Source: the human T2T-CHM13v2.0 reference genome, Homo sapiens. From it: a DNA stretch of 64,000 bases. Under the pieces are notes generated by a model. It ran no database searches. It saw only the letters and a program-made list of their open reading frames with translations, and had not been told where the DNA came from. How positions within the stretch are numbered: the stretch's first letter is position 1; every line of letters starts with the position of its first letter. Below, piece by piece: positions 46,000 to 61,556 of this stretch. The stretch is taken from assembly GCF_009914755.1 (NCBI RefSeq), contig NC_060926.1. One strand, written 5' to 3'. The translations under genes and the position numbers were made by a program.

Positions 46000-46330
46000 C
46001 TCTTCATCTAATCCACCAAATAACAGAACAGTCAAACCACCAAAACATCTGTCCTCTGCTTAGTTTCATCTAAAGCTATTATCTTCTCTCCTTTTACTGG
46101 CACATTTGTTGAAAGGGGAAGAGTTGTCTCCATTACTTCAAATCTCATTAATTCCTCAACCCATTATAGCACTTTATGGCTTCCATTCTGCCCCCACCCC
46201 CATCCACTCACTGAAATTGCTGTCAATAAAGTCACATTTAATGACCTTCTAATTGTTAAATCCAATGCTATTCTTAAGTCATCCTCTTTGAGCTTTCTTG
46301 AGCATTTGAAGATGTTGTAGCCATATGAAT
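46000..46330. mobile_element. L2 fragment
   Basis: ccactcactgaaattgctgtcaataaagtcac...aatgaccttctaattgttaaatccaatg L2-like. Confidence 0.65.
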
Positions 46331-49300
46331 TTTCTTCATTCGTTACACTAATCCCTTTATTCTCTACCCAAAGCAATGCTAAGTAACATGCAGATGTCAT
46401 TCATAGTCGTTTTTTCAGATTTTTTTTACAAAGATAATTTCAGATCTAGTAGTAAATCACCTGTGTGCCACTTCCCATTTTTCCTCCATCTCAGCAGTAA
46501 GTACTCTCTTTAATTTAGTGTTTATCATCCCATACATGATTTTATACAATTAATGCGTATGTATGAATCCATAAATGATAGCATGTTTTGCATATTATTA
46601 AATTTCATACAATGACAACCTATCACTTTTTGAAAAGCTTTTAAAAAATAGACCCAGACAGTGCATTGTTAATCCAGGTTGTCCATCCAGGGTGTTCATT
46701 GACCAGACAGTGTCAGACATGGACACTGGTTTTCAGATCAACTCTCTTCAATATGTAATTAGGAAACACTTTTGAAAATGCTCTGTTCTTGCAGGAGGCA
46801 CTTTGCAGACTGTCTGGGTATTTTATGTTTGGCTTTTACCTTCATAAAAGATGGCTTGATTCTGTCCTTTTTAATGGGCAATCTCTTACTTGGGTGAAGA
46901 TTGCCTTGACTTCTTTTCTTCTGCAGTCCTGCTTTTTTCCTAAAGATTTTTTTTTTTTTTTTCTGAGCATTTCACTGGGTTTTCCTACATGTGTCCCTTA
47001 CTTGCAGGGATTTTTTTAAAGGATGTTTCTTGATTCTCTTCATTCTCACCAGATGACCACATTCTTTCCCATAGCCCTGGTGAGTGGAAGACCCTTGCTT
47101 CTATCTCCAGTCCGAAGTGTGCTACTGTACATGTTTGCCTGGGTGTCTTCCAAGCCCCTACAACTTGTTTTACCTCCAAACCTGCTCCACCACCTGCATC
47201 CTCAGTGTGTCCCCCACACAGCCTCCCCATTTGGACCCTCCGTGGTCTCTGCTGCTGCCTTTCTTCAGGCCTTTGCTTGGAATACAGACATAGGTCATCT
47301 CCCACGTCCCCTACCCTCATGCTCTTGCCAGAGTAACTGATGAAAATGCAAACCAATCATCATCTTCCACTTAACAACCTCGTGTACACACCCGTCTCCT
47401 GCCATACTGTCTGCAGGATCAACCCAGACTCCTGGGCTTGGCACCAGGGCCCTTCTGGATCTGGTCCTTCCTGCCTTTCCTGCCTGTCCCCTAGCTCTGT
47501 GGTAGGCCTCCTCCTCTCTTGCCTCAGTGGTCTCCTCCCCACACCCCTGCACACTGAGTCTTCTCACAGCTGCATGCGCTGGCCATGCCCTTCCAGTGCC
47601 AGGGATGCCATTCTTTTCTCTCCTTCCTCATCCTCTGAGATCCAGCTTATGTGCATGACTTACCTGACAGCCCAGGCAGAGTCAGCTCTTCAAGCCTCTG
47701 CTCTCAGGGTGCATCACCACCTAAAAGACCCTGGCCTGCACTGGGTTGCATTGCGCTGGTTCCATTTGCAGGTCCGTCTCTCCCCGGCTTGGCCGGGGGG
47801 AGCTCAAAGTGAGAGTACAGTTGTCTGCCTTTGTAGCTCAGTGTCTGGCCCACGGCAGGTGCCCAGTAAGCACTGGCAAGTTAATGACTGCTGGCCTGTC
47901 ACCCAGCCCTGCCTGCTTGCCCCCTGCTCAGGAGTCCCTGGAGGAAGGTAATGCATGCCATCTGATCCTCTCTCAGGGGGGCAGCAGATTATGTTAGGAG
48001 AAAGAAGAGAAAAAAGGGTGGAAGATGCTGCCCAAAATTCACACTGGATAGTGCAGCCTGTCCCCGGGACCAAAATGCCATTTAGAACCCAAATGTAGGA
48101 AATGGGGTCTCCGCCTGCCCCCAGCTCCCATTATACCACCACGGGGTACTACTCCATCTCTAGGAAACCCTACACTTAAACACAGTTTTCTTTCTCTTCC
48201 CACTCCTCTTCCTTCTCCCTTCCCTGCTCCACATAATAACTGCCTTCCTCACCAAGTGCTCTGGGCATATAGTTACTCCCATCCCCAGCCCCTGGAGCTG
48301 GGCAAGGGCCAGGATTACTATTCCTATTCACAGATGGAGAACTAAGTCCAGAGAAGGGTACAGTGGGCTGGGGCCATAGTTCGGACCAGGGAGTCAGTCC
48401 TACCTCCATGTGGCGGCAGCCTGAAGCCTGCTTCGCGAGGGAGCACCCAACCCCGTTTAGAGAAGGCCTTGCAAATGATGGAAAGGCGGGGAAGGGTGGT
48501 GTGACCCAGACTGTCAGTGAGGAAGCAGTCCTCAGGGTCAAGATGGGGAGCAAGGAGAATCCAGGGCAGGTTAGGAGTGCGGGCCTGAACCCTGTGACCA
48601 GCATCTACCCAGGAACTCCTCAAGGGCAGCCTCTGCTCTCTCCCTTGATGGGAAAAGACAGGACTGCAGACATGCCTGCAGACATGCCTGCAAACCATGG
48701 GAGTATCTGTCCATTTCCCTTCCATCAGGTCATGAAGGAGTGAGGGCAGGTGCTGGGAGAGGTGCGAGGACTTGAGGGAGGAGTTGGTAGGAGAAGGGTC
48801 CAGGGAAGAGGAGATTGAGGAAATGGCCCGTGGAGCTGCCCTGAGCCCAGGTGGGCGCATTCAGGGGCAGAGATGGTACCAGAGGAAAGGTGCCTGGTGT
48901 TGAGCTGGCGGTAAGTGTTGGCGCCCCAGGTGGGGATCCACCCGAAGGAGCTGCTCAGTCCCCATCCTCCAGGAGTGTGCAGGCCTTTCCTAAAAGACCT
49001 GACTCAGGCTGAGGTGGCCCCGCCCAGGGTTGGACTCCCTTCCCTGTGGTGACAGAGGGCGTGGAGAAGCAGGGACCCCCTAGGCGTGGCTCCAGGGAGT
49101 AAAAGGGAGCAGTAGGAGTTGAGGGGGCAAGAGGGGCCCATGGGGAGCCGAGAGACAGAAGAGCAACCCTGGGGGGGGCCCAGGTGGCACCCCAGTACCT
49201 TGGTAGGTTTCTGAGTGCAGCAGGTAGATTTTCAGAACAGGGAAGTGGGCTGGAGATACACGGTGGAGGCGGGGTCTGGTACTCACCTGCTCATCCTTCC

Positions 49301-49784
49301 CGGGCCCACCTCCCTCTGCCTGATACTTTTTCTCTCGCTCCCTCCCCAGCATCCACATGGACCCTTGATGCCACCCTCCTGGTCTGTGTGTGACACTTCT
49401 GGGCTTTCACTTCTATTCCTGACGACTTTAGTAGCTGGGGTGCGTCCTGTCCATGATATGAGAGGGCTGGGCTAAGTGGATTGAGGGAACTGGGGAGGGA
49501 TGTTAGGTCCCCAGCATCAAACTCTGTACCCGAGGGCCTGGAGCCCTGGTGGCCTGCCTGAGGCCTCACCCAGGAAAGCAGTTCTGCCTTTCAGGACATG
49601 CCGGGGCTTCCCAGAAGTTCTGGGAAGGACAGTGCCCCCTGGGATGGGGCTGTGGGATGGCTTCCCCACTCTCTCCCAAGTTTCCCTTCACCTTGGGGCG
49701 CTCACTTTGACGCCTACTGACAGTCCCAGGTTAGAATTAAAGACAGATATTTGGTCTTGCAAATAAATATATTTAAAAGGGAAG

Positions 49785-49790
49785 TTTATT
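49785..49790 (-). terminator. OXER1 polyadenylation signal (AATAAA on - strand)
   Basis: TTTATT about 390 nt past the OXER1 stop, in an AT-rich island. Confidence 0.8.
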
Positions 49791-50176
49791 AATATTGGAA
49801 GGGACAAACTGGAGAGCACAGAACATGCAGCTGTCCAATTTCTAAGGTGACTCTGCTGTGACAGTGATTGGCCTCTGTCCCCTGCAGCTGCGCAGGCCCC
49901 TGTCTGAGCTGGTGTGCCAACGGCACCTTGCCTGTCTCCTCCACCCGGCATCCTGCTCTCCCCTGCATTCTGGGAATGCCATCCTGGACACACTGAGAGG
50001 CCTAGGTGGGTTTCTCTCCCTGCCACCCACCTGAGTCCTGCCAGTGCTTTGGCCTGGCCCCTGGTCTGCCGCCATCCCTTGTCCAGTTGGTTGAGGCACC
50101 GTGTGCTGGCCTTGTCCCTCCAGGCCAGAGCGCGGCAGCCCTTACCCCCACAGCGCTGCAGCCCTGCAGCTGGCCC

Positions 50177-51448
50177 TCAGCCCTGGGAGGAGCCTTCCTT
50201 TTCCAGAGAGACCTCGCCCTGCACTTTCAGCTTCCCTATGGCCTCCGCCTTCCTAGAGGCCTCCCGGTAGCGCCACTGCCTGGAGGGTTGGTAGGAGCTC
50301 TCGTCGCTCACTGGGCCCTGCCGGCCCCGCGTGAGGCCCAGCAAGGCCCGGCTCTGGTGGAGGAAGTTGGGGCTAGAGAAGCAGTAGAGCACGGGGTCCA
50401 GGACACTGTTGAGGTAGGTGAAGGCCAGGGAGCCATGGAAGAGCTGTGTGCAGAGGTCCAGGGAGCGGCAGGCGGACAGCCAGAAAGCCACCATGGAAGC
50501 CATGCCAAAGATGATGCTGGGCAAGAAGCAGATGGTGTAGACGGCCACCACCATGGCCAGCACACGCATGGCCCTCTGCGGGCCTGCCTGCCCGCCCAGA
50601 CCACGGTTCCGGATGGTGAGCCCAATGCTCACAATAGCAAAGAGGATGAGCGCCAGTGGCAGGAAGAACTCCAGCAGGTACAGTGCCTGGTGCCAGCGGA
50701 GCGAGGCCGAGGGCTTCGTGCCCACCCTGTAGCTGAGGCAGGAGGGGCCGGAGAAGGTGCTCAGGAGCAGGTGCCCGTTGAGGAGCAGGATGCCCACCCA
50801 GAGTCCCCCGGCCACCCGGGCAGCTGCCCCCACGGAAGCACGGCTCAGCACGTGGTGGGGCTGCACCACCTTCAGGTAGCGGTTGAGTGCGATGGCTGTG
50901 AGGAAGACAACGCTGGCCGTGCGGTTGGTGGACAGCATGAAGAGGTTGACTTTGCAGGCAGCAGCCCCAAAGCGCCAGGTCTCATGGAGGAGGTAGTAGT
51001 CCACGCGGAGGGGCAGGTTGCTGATCAGGAGGAAGTCAGCGGCCACCAGGCTGACCAGGAACACCGTGTTGGAGGTCCAGGGCCGCGTGTGGATGCAGAA
51101 GATGAAGAGGGCCAAACTGTTCCCCACCAGGCCCAGGACAAACTCCAGGGCCAGGATTGGTGCCAGGAAGGCAGACACCAGCGAGGAAGAGGTGGGGTGG
51201 CAGGGCCCTCCAGAGGACCCCCCCACAGTGGTAAAGGCAGAGGGAGCAGAGGAGGGTGAGGGAGAGAAGGAGGGAGGGAGAACAGAGGAGGAGAGAGAGG
51301 GAGATGGAGAGCTCAGGTTATGAAGTTCCATGGGCTGCTTGGGCCATGGGCCTGAGAGAAGGTTCTGGAGTCTTCTACCCCTGCAGGAGTGCTCAGGGCA
51401 AAGTGGGATGATTGGCACTATCAGCTGGCCACCACGGTGACACAACAT
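50177..51448 (-). CDS. OXER1: Oxoeicosanoid (5-oxo-ETE) receptor 1, intronless class A GPCR; 423 aa from ATG 51448, or 384 aa from ATG 51331
   Basis: 7TM with GLVGN, NRY (DRY variant), CFLP and DPVLY motifs; sequence recognised as human OXER1. The ORF-track start at 51574 is a GTG. Confidence 0.97.
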   Translation of the reverse strand: MLCHRGGQLIVPIIPLCPEHSCRGRRLQNLLSGPWPKQPMELHNLSSPSPSLSSSVLPPSFSPSPSSAPSAFTTVGGSSGGPCHPTSSSLVSAFLAPILALEFVLGLVGNSLALFIFCIHTRPWTSNTVFLVSLVAADFLLISNLPLRVDYYLLHETWRFGAAACKVNLFMLSTNRTASVVFLTAIALNRYLKVVQPHHVLSRASVGAAARVAGGLWVGILLLNGHLLLSTFSGPSCLSYRVGTKPSASLRWHQALYLLEFFLPLALILFAIVSIGLTIRNRGLGGQAGPQRAMRVLAMVVAVYTICFLPSIIFGMASMVAFWLSACRSLDLCTQLFHGSLAFTYLNSVLDPVLYCFSSPNFLHQSRALLGLTRGRQGPVSDESSYQPSRQWRYREASRKAEAIGKLKVQGEVSLEKEGSSQG

Positions 51449-52663
51449 CCTGGGGTTTTCATCAGCATTCTCGCAGCCACTGAGAAACACCCTGTGTTCC
51501 TGTTTGCAGGCCAAGGGGAACCCTGCAGCCCTCCCTCCTTCCCTCCGCCTCGGGGTACTGAGTGATCCCACCACATGAGGTCTCTGAGCCCAGCCTGGGG
51601 GTTGTGCTGCTGGTAGAGGAGGAAGCAGGGCTCAGCAGGGGCAAGATGGAAGCCCAGAGAAACCCTGAAGTGGGAGGATAGTCCAGCCGGGTGAGGTGGG
51701 GGCTCTCAGGATCATGCAGCCCTCCCTGGACACCCCCTCCTCCACTACATATAGAGGCTGGTGGCTGCCTCCCTGCCCCCACCAGCTCTGGCTTCAGGGA
51801 CTGTGGAGCCAAAAGGACATTGTCCTGAGAGGTAGGCAGGGAGTCAGTGAAGACCTCCACCGCCCTGCTGGTGGCCTGGAGGGAACCAGTCCTATTTGTG
51901 CTCCGCCAGCCTGCTGTGTGTCTGAAAGCCCACTGTAGTTCAGCTTTCAGTTGCTCCCAGGTTCCTGATGGTTCCGAAGTCTGTGATGGTCCCAAGTCCG
52001 GGTACACGGTGAAGTAGGCCCCATGGACGGGGACGCCCCTGCCAAATTTCTACTGCCATGGCACGGGGAGCTGGGGGCTTCTCCCGCAAATAGAACAATC
52101 CTGATTTTTCCCTGTCTGTGTCTCCCCATGGCTCCTTGTCCACTCCACTCCCTGCCCCCATTAGCATTCACTGCGGAATAGGGAGTGGGAGGCTGGGGCT
52201 AGCTCCAGACAAGGTACAAGTCCAGCTGTCCCATGGTGAGGTATTCTCATGAGCCCATGGGCTGGTCCTGTGGGTGGAGATGAGGGCTTCAGGCTCCTGA
52301 TAACCCGGGACAGCAGGGCCAAGGGAGGTGCTGGTTCCAGGCTCCAGGGCCTGACCCCATCACTGCCAACTGGCTGGGGTCAGCAGTCTGCCATGTGTGG
52401 CCTGGCCTCTGTGTCCCAGGCACAGTGGCCCCTGGCCTCTCTTGGCTGCCCTGGGCTCCCATTTGGTCAAGGCTGAGGGCAAACATCCCTGGGAGAAGCA
52501 GGGTGGTGAGGCCCAGCCTAAGCTCCATATGCAGACAGGCCTGGGTTGGAAACAGAGCTGCCCTATTTCCAAACCTCTCTGAGCCTGATCTGTAAAATCA
52601 GGCACTACCACCTTCTTGGAGAGTTGTGAGGATAAAATGAGATAATTTATGTAAAAACTTATA

Positions 52664-53031
<368 letters not shown>

Positions 53032-53904
53032 CTAATTTTCATGACTTTCTCTCTGGATTAAGCTTGCCCTGCATATGAGAGTAAACTCTTCTCTTCACGG
53101 CCATCGGTATTCTGACCTGGGTCCTCCCTGGAACATTCTATGTCTTCTTCTCAGGTCCTGCACGGAGCAGTGCATTGCTACAGGCCAGGAACGAGCCGCG
53201 TGGAGCCTCTGCCTGTGCCTATCCTGGACCATTTGTGTTTGAAGGAGCCTGATGGTGTTTTTTCTTTGCTTGCAGGAGAGGAAAGCCCTTAGGGGTGACG
53301 AGGAGGGTGAAGGTCCCGATGTCTCTTAGGGCCAGTAGCCTTTTCAGCAAAGGCAGGTCTTTCTCTGCTCCCAGTGGAGTGTAGGAAGGCAGTGAGCCAC
53401 TGGGCTGGGGATGAGGGAGACAGGGGTCAAGTGTTCTTTTCTAGAGGAAGCTTTGAGTCCACGCAGGGACCTGTTCTGTCCAGATCTGTCACTCTCATGT
53501 GCATGCCCTCATTGACTTCTCACGGAAGTCCCAGGAAACTGAGCTGCGCCCGCTGCAGGTTCCACATTCTTGTCTCTTCCCACTGGTGCCTCTGAGGCCT
53601 CCAGCATCCCTAGACACCCATAGCAGGCTCAGGGGTCCCTCTGGAGTCTTTGAACAGGGCACCTGTGCATGACAGGGGAGGGAAGGGGACACAAGGCCAG
53701 ACACCCCCACCAACACTGCTGAGCTCCTGGTACAACTTCATGCCCCTCTCCAGGCTGATCATAGTCTTTAGGTATTAACAGTGGTTAGCTCTGGGTGGGG
53801 GATTTTGTGTATTTCTGGGTTTTCTATAGTTAGCACAGATGACTTCTGTTATTGGAAAAAAACTCAACAGATGCTAGTGTTTTAAAGTTATGTAAAAAGA
53901 CAGA

Positions 53905-54125
<221 letters not shown>

Positions 54126-54395
54126 AAAAGAATAAATGAGAACAGAGAAGGAAGTGGAGAGATGACATTAGCCGTGCTCCCAGGACCAGGCATGGAGCAT
54201 GCGTGGATCAAGTCACACACACAGTGAAGAATGCCCATCCACAAACAGGGATGCCCAATAACAGACCCTCCAACACGTCCATGGTCACCTGGTGCCCTGA
54301 TGCCCCAGACACACCACATGGTCCTGGGGGGCACATGGGAAGGCCAGTGATGACTGCCTGCGGCAGACCCCCAGGTGTGCGTTCCTCAGGAAGCC

Positions 54396-54401
54396 TTTAT
54401 T
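54396..54401 (-). terminator. HAAO polyadenylation signal (AATAAA on - strand)
   Basis: TTTATT about 325 nt past the HAAO stop. Confidence 0.85.
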
Positions 54402-54725
54402 GAGGGCCTTCTTGGTGTGGAAGTGCTGCACTGAGTCTGCAGGGACAGAGGAATGGGCAGGAGCGGGGCCGGGGGTAGACCACCTGGCAAGACTGGCAAG
54501 GCAGTGGGCTGAGTCTGCCAGAGAAGATGGGGAGCTGCTGCCCGCCCAGGGGCATGGCATCTGGGCTGAGAAGGGCAGGAGGGTGGGTGACAACAATGTG
54601 CAGGTCTGTGGGGGACACAGCGGCAGTACACAGAGAGGTAGTGGGGGCTGGGAGAGTTGTTTGGCAGGGATGGCACTCGAGGGTGCTTGGCACACCTGTG
54701 GCTGCTTCAGGCCATGGCAAGAGGG

Positions 54726-55448
<723 letters not shown>

Positions 55449-56858
55449 TCACGTGCAGTGCACCCGTGGTCCCTCTGATGTGTGCTCATGCGAAGGCATG
55501 CTCACCAGGGCACATGAGGGACGCATTTCCATCAGCTTCCCAGAGGGTGCCACCTCCCTTTCTCTGAGAGAGGTTATGAGTCTGGCCTCAGGAGGAGGAG
55601 GGGACAAGGAAGGTGAGGCTGAGGGCTCTCTGACATGCACCAGCCTGGAAGCACACAGCTACTGTGCAGGGCCGTGCTGCTGATGCCCTGGAGAGGGTGC
55701 ATATTCATTAATGTAAACTGAAGCAGGTAAGAGCAGGGTATTGCAGAGGTGGGGTGCAGGGCTGAGTGGTACTGCTGTGACATGTGCGCATGTTCTCGCA
55801 GCCCTGTGTAAGCTCAGGACGTCCCTGGTACCCAAGAGCAGCAGGCCAGGCCTCTACGGGAAGCCTGTGGCCATGAGCATCCCTGCACAGATTGACTCAT
55901 TCAAAGCCCATGGGATGTGCCAGTGGCAAGCCGTAAAGCACAAGTGAACACAGGTCTCCCTGCACCACTCTTGCCCTCCCAGCCTTGTCCCCACACATGG
56001 TACAGAAACACCACTCTGGCCTGTCACTCCCCTGCTTCAATACTTTGGTGGAGGGCTGTTGTCTTTAGGACAAGTCCTCCCACCTTGCCTAGCCCAGCAG
56101 ACCTACCAGGACCTGGGCCCTGCCTGCTGCTCCACAGTCCACCAGTCACACTTGTACCCCCACCCCCAAGCCCCGCCTCTGGCCAACTTCGGCTGCTCCC
56201 AGTGCCAGGCTGTTTCAAGCCTGAAACAGCTCATGCTCATGCTTCTCCCTCACCTAGAATGCTCTCTCCACCTCCCTTTCTTTCTTTTACAAACTCCTAC
56301 ACTAGCTTTAAAATGCAATGTGCATGTCACCTCCTCCAGGAAGCCTTCCTTGACTTCCCTTTCAGAGTGGGTTCCTCCTTTATCCTTCTATAGCTTCCTA
56401 TAGCTTTTCTATCTGATACTTTATCACATGATTGTGGCAATTGTTGATTAACTTGTCCATCTCTTTAACAAACTATACATTCTTTAAGGTAGCAACTCTA
56501 TCCTACTCTCCCACTAAAGCCTGAAACATAACAGGCATTTAATAAATGTGGAATGAAAGAAAGTCAGCCTTGTTTGAATCCCTCTCTCCACCCAACCCTC
56601 ACTCCCAAACAACTCTCTCCCTTTTGGCTTCCAAGGCTGTGACTGGCTGAAGGTTCAGGAATTCCTAGCGAGGGGAAAACTGCAGACCCTCAGGAAGCTG
56701 CCAGTGAGTGGGGGAACCTCCAACTCTGAAAGTGAATTCAGATCATAAAATTGCTTGGGACCATGTAGCCTCCACAGACTTCACTCGGAGCAGAGCCATC
56801 GCCTTCTGCGTCAGGGAGGGAGCACAAAGGCCTATGCTCATGTCTACAACCTCTGAAA

Positions 56859-56912
56859 TGTGTGTGTGTGTGTGTGTGTGTGTGTGAGTGTGTGTGTGAA
56901 AGAGAGAGAGAG
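56859..56912. repeat. (TG)n-(AG)n compound microsatellite
   Basis: Directly visible. Confidence 0.92.
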
Positions 56913-56983
56913 GCAGTGAGAGAGAGACTGGTTCCCATTTTCCAGGGCTGCTGTGGGAGGATGCCCCGGATGCCCCAGGACTA

Positions 56984-57298
<315 letters not shown>

Positions 57299-57419
57299 TT
57301 AGTACCTTGAGGACTGGGCAGAGTATTCAAAAAGAGACTCCCCGGTCCCCTGGACCAAAACCCATCCTATTTTGGAAGGGGAGGGAGGGAAGGAGAAGGG
57401 CAGTTCCCAGCGGCCTCAC

Positions 57420-57463
57420 CAGGGATGGGCTTTCCTGTTCTGTACTGCTCAGAGCTGAAGAAC
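57420..57463 (-). CDS. HAAO: HAAO exon 6 (FFSSEQYRTGKPIP)
   Basis: CAG / GTGAGG boundaries, 44 bp. Confidence 0.95.
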
Positions 57464-57768
57464 CTGCAAGGACGAACAGGGAGGAGCAGGAGTGGCGAGC
57501 ACTCCCATCGGAGTGGCCAGCGACACACACATACACCACACTCACGGTCAGGTGCAGGTGCCCACACACACTCATGGGGCTCTCACACAGCTGTGTGTCT
57601 GCCATCCTTTCCCTCCCAGCGGGGCTGCTGCTCCCCCCTCCCCCCGGCCTGGCAGTGGGCTCTCTGGGCCAGGATCTCCACCCTGGGAGGGGAGACTTTC
57701 TCCCAGGGCATCAGGTGCTGATGCAGAGCCCCAGGAAAGCAAGAGGCAGGGGCTGGGCTGGGGGCTCA

Positions 57769-57996
<228 letters not shown>

Positions 57997-58371
57997 TCAC
58001 TGGTCACTTAACACCTTGCTCTTCAGAAGCACACGTGCGCCCCCTGAGAGGGCTACTATCCCGAGAATTCACACGGCTCTCTCCGGCTCCCAAAACTAGA
58101 CCCAAACTGGTTCCCAAAACTAGACAAAGCAGATAGAACTCTGAGACTCACAGAAGCTGAGCAATTTGGCAAGGATTACACAGCCTGTAAGTGGCGGAAG
58201 CAGGCCAGTCTCAAGACAATCTTAGAAACTTAGAGAGCATCTAATCGCAGTTCTTTTGTTTTTCGCAAAGAGGAAGCTGAGGCTGAGCCTGAAACCAGGG
58301 CCAGTGGCTGGACGCTCTGCTGGCCTGCAGTGCTCTAGGCCTGAGTGCACGGACACTTAAGAAACCAACAT

Positions 58372-58740
58372 GGCCGGGCGCAGTGGCTCACGCCTGTAAT
58401 CCCAGCACTTTGGGAGGCTGAGACGGGTAGATTACTTGAGGTCAGGAGTTCAAGACCAGCCTGGCCAACATGGTGAAACCCTGTCTCTACTAAAAATAAT
58501 AATAATAATAATAAATAAATACAAAAAATAGCCAGGCATAACAAAAGATAGAAAAAAAATAGCCAGGCATGCTGGCAGGGGACTGTAATCCCAGCTACTT
58601 GGGAGGCCGAGGCAGGAGAATTGCTTGAACCGGGAAGCGGAGGTTGCAGTGAGCCGAGATTGCACCGCCGCATTCCAGCCTGGGTGACAGAACAAGACTC
58701 TGTCTCAAAAGTAAATAAATAAGTAAAAAAAAAAAAAAAA
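58372..58740 (+). mobile_element. AluS with expanded or duplicated middle A-rich region
   Basis: TSD-like gaa(a/g)ccaaca; (AAT)n and a doubled aaaaaatagccaggcat. Confidence 0.9.
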
Positions 58741-59401
58741 GAAGCCAACACGCAGAAGATGTCCCCCAGTTTAGGGGTTCTTCTTCTTTCAGGGTCATGA
58801 TTGCCTTTGAGAGTTGGAGCAAAGTTTTGGACCTCTTTTCTGGGGTAAGGCCCATGTACATGTACATATAGCCTTCAGTAGACCCCTAAAGCCCACCCCA
58901 GCCCCCAGCCTGGCTCAGTGAGCTCCTCCCCCGGCCTGAGGAGCACCTGGCAGGCTGGGATGGGCCCCAGGCCCCTGTGTGTGCTGCACATGGTGGGTGC
59001 CAGGAACGCCTGTTAACTGAATGCCTAATGCCCAAGCCCAGCTCCTGGGCCCAGGCCAGCTCTGTCTGCTCTTAAAAGAGATGTGGTCCCGCTGGTGGGA
59101 GATGCTTTACAGACACACAGTGCATCCACCCACTTGGCAGCCTAAATCCTATCCTGGGATGGAGCTGGCCACCAGAAAGCTTCATAACTGGATGGCAGTG
59201 CCCTCCGGGAACTGCCTTTGGAGTGGCATTTTAATGTTGAGTCCCTGGCTTTTATTAAAGGTCAAAAGCAGCCAGATGAAATGTGTTATTGAATTTGCTG
59301 TAAAATGATATTGAGGACACCATCCTCTCCATCAGACTCACTATATTAAAGTCCCTTGTGACAAATTTTTTCTAGAAGATAAGACCACGTGTCTGTCTCT
59401 A

Positions 59402-59792
<391 letters not shown>

Positions 59793-60772
59793 TTAAGTAA
59801 AAAAAGATATAGGTAAGCATAGAAATAAGACAAGATGGAAGTTTAGGTTTCATTAGGTTTCATTGGTGACAGGACAATTTTTTTTGTTTTCCCTTTTTTA
59901 TTATTTTGTTTTCTTGAGATATAATTCACATACCATCAAATTTATCCTTTTAGTAACAAGTAATTTTAATTTTGTTCACTTTGCATTCCTGTACTTTTCC
60001 AGATTTTGAGAATGAATGTGTATGACTTTGATAATCAGAAAAACAACACGTATTTTAAAAATGCCTATTATAACAAAAGATGTAGGCCAAAGTATCCTGT
60101 TCCTGGTGACCTGATGGGAAACTTGAATTTTTTTTAGTTAAAAAATACAACAAATAATGATCACGCCACTGCATTCCAGCGTGGGTGATAGATAGAGTGA
60201 GCCCCCATATCAAAAAAAAAAAAAAAAAAACCCAACCAAACACTGTTGAGCTTTTGGAAAATCTATTTCCCTGAGCAATAGGTTGCTTCCTCCTTTCAGA
60301 GGAAAAGAATTGGGTGACTGATCAGAACCAAATGAGAACCCCGGCCATGGAATCAGAATGCTGACAGCGGGGCCTATTTTCTTCCCCTCTTTGGTGTTGA
60401 CTCCCACTCCTCTCTATACTGTCCTGGCCCTAACTCCATATTTCTCTATAATGCCAGATCTAGCAAGTAACACTTTAGCAACTTTAACTTCTTTGTAATG
60501 ATAACAGCACCTCCCCCATAGGATCGCTGGGAAGATTCAATGAATAAATACATGCAAAGACCTTAGCCAGGCATCTGGCACATAGCAAGTGCCATCCAGA
60601 TGTCAGTGTGTGTTGTGGAATGAGCTGGGGTAGAGAAACAAGCCGAGGGAGGCACTGGCCGTGATTCTAAATTCTGGGGGGAAGCAGCAGTTCTGGCTGC
60701 ACTGGGGGAGGTGGGTGTGACTTTGGAACCCCTCTGGCCCGCTTTCCACATCTCACCCCTCCCAGAAGACCT

Positions 60773-61556
60773 TGTGAAAGGAAAATATCTTGGGCCCCGA
60801 AATCACTAAATTAAGGGAAATGTCAAGCTGAGAACTGCTTAGGGCAAACCTACCCCCTATTTTTTTTTTTTTTTTTTTTGAGACGGAGTCTCACTCTGTC
60901 ACCCAGGCTGGAGCGCACTGGCGCGATCTTGGCTCACTGCAAGCTCTGTCTCCTGGGTTCATGCCATTCTCCTGCCCCAGCCTCCCAAGTAGCTGGGAAT
61001 ACAGGCGCCCGCCACCACGCCCGACTAATTTTTCGTATTTTTAGTAGAAATGGGGTTTCACCATGTTAGCCAGGATGGTCTCTCTCGATCTCCTGACCTC
61101 GTGATCCACCCGCCTCGGCCTCCCGAAGTGCTGGGATTACAAGCGTGTGCCACTGCGCCCGGCTACCTGCCCCCCATTGTATTCAAAGTGCCCCTCTGCT
61201 CACTGAGATAAATGCATATCTGATTGCCTCCTCTGGAGAGACTAATCGGAAACTCAAAAGAATGCAACCATTTGTCTCTTTTCTACCTATGACCTAGAAG
61301 CCCCCTCCCTGCTTTGAGTCATCCTGCTTTTGCTTTGAGTTGTCCTGCCTTTCCAGACTGAACCAATGTTCATCTTACATATGTTAATTGATGTCTCTTG
61401 TCCCCCTAAAATGTATAAAACCAAGCTGTGCTCTGACTCTCTTGGGCACACGTCAACAGGACCTCCTGAGGCTGTGTCACGAGCGTGCATCCTCAACCTT
61501 GGCAAAATAAACTTGCTAAATTAACTGAGACCTGTCTCAAATTTTTGGAGTTGACA
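60773..61556 (+). mobile_element. MER4A/MER4A1-type ERV1 5' LTR, interrupted by an antisense AluY (~60860-61163)
   Basis: tgtgaaaggaaaatatcttgggcccc...aataaacttgctaaattaactgagacctgtctc...ca. Confidence 0.85.

Noticed and set aside
47340-49766. Many overlapping 60-203 aa ORFs between MTA3 and OXER1
   Set aside because: GC-rich DNA with L2/MIR remnants; no homology, codon signal or exon structure recognised.
50006-51259. 417-aa + strand ORF antisense to OXER1
   Set aside because: Codon-aligned shadow of a high-GC3 CDS with a non-ATG start and no recognisable domain.
51449-51574. 465-aa N-terminal extension of OXER1 in the ORF track
   Set aside because: Begins at GTG; the recognised protein starts at ATG 51448 or 51331.
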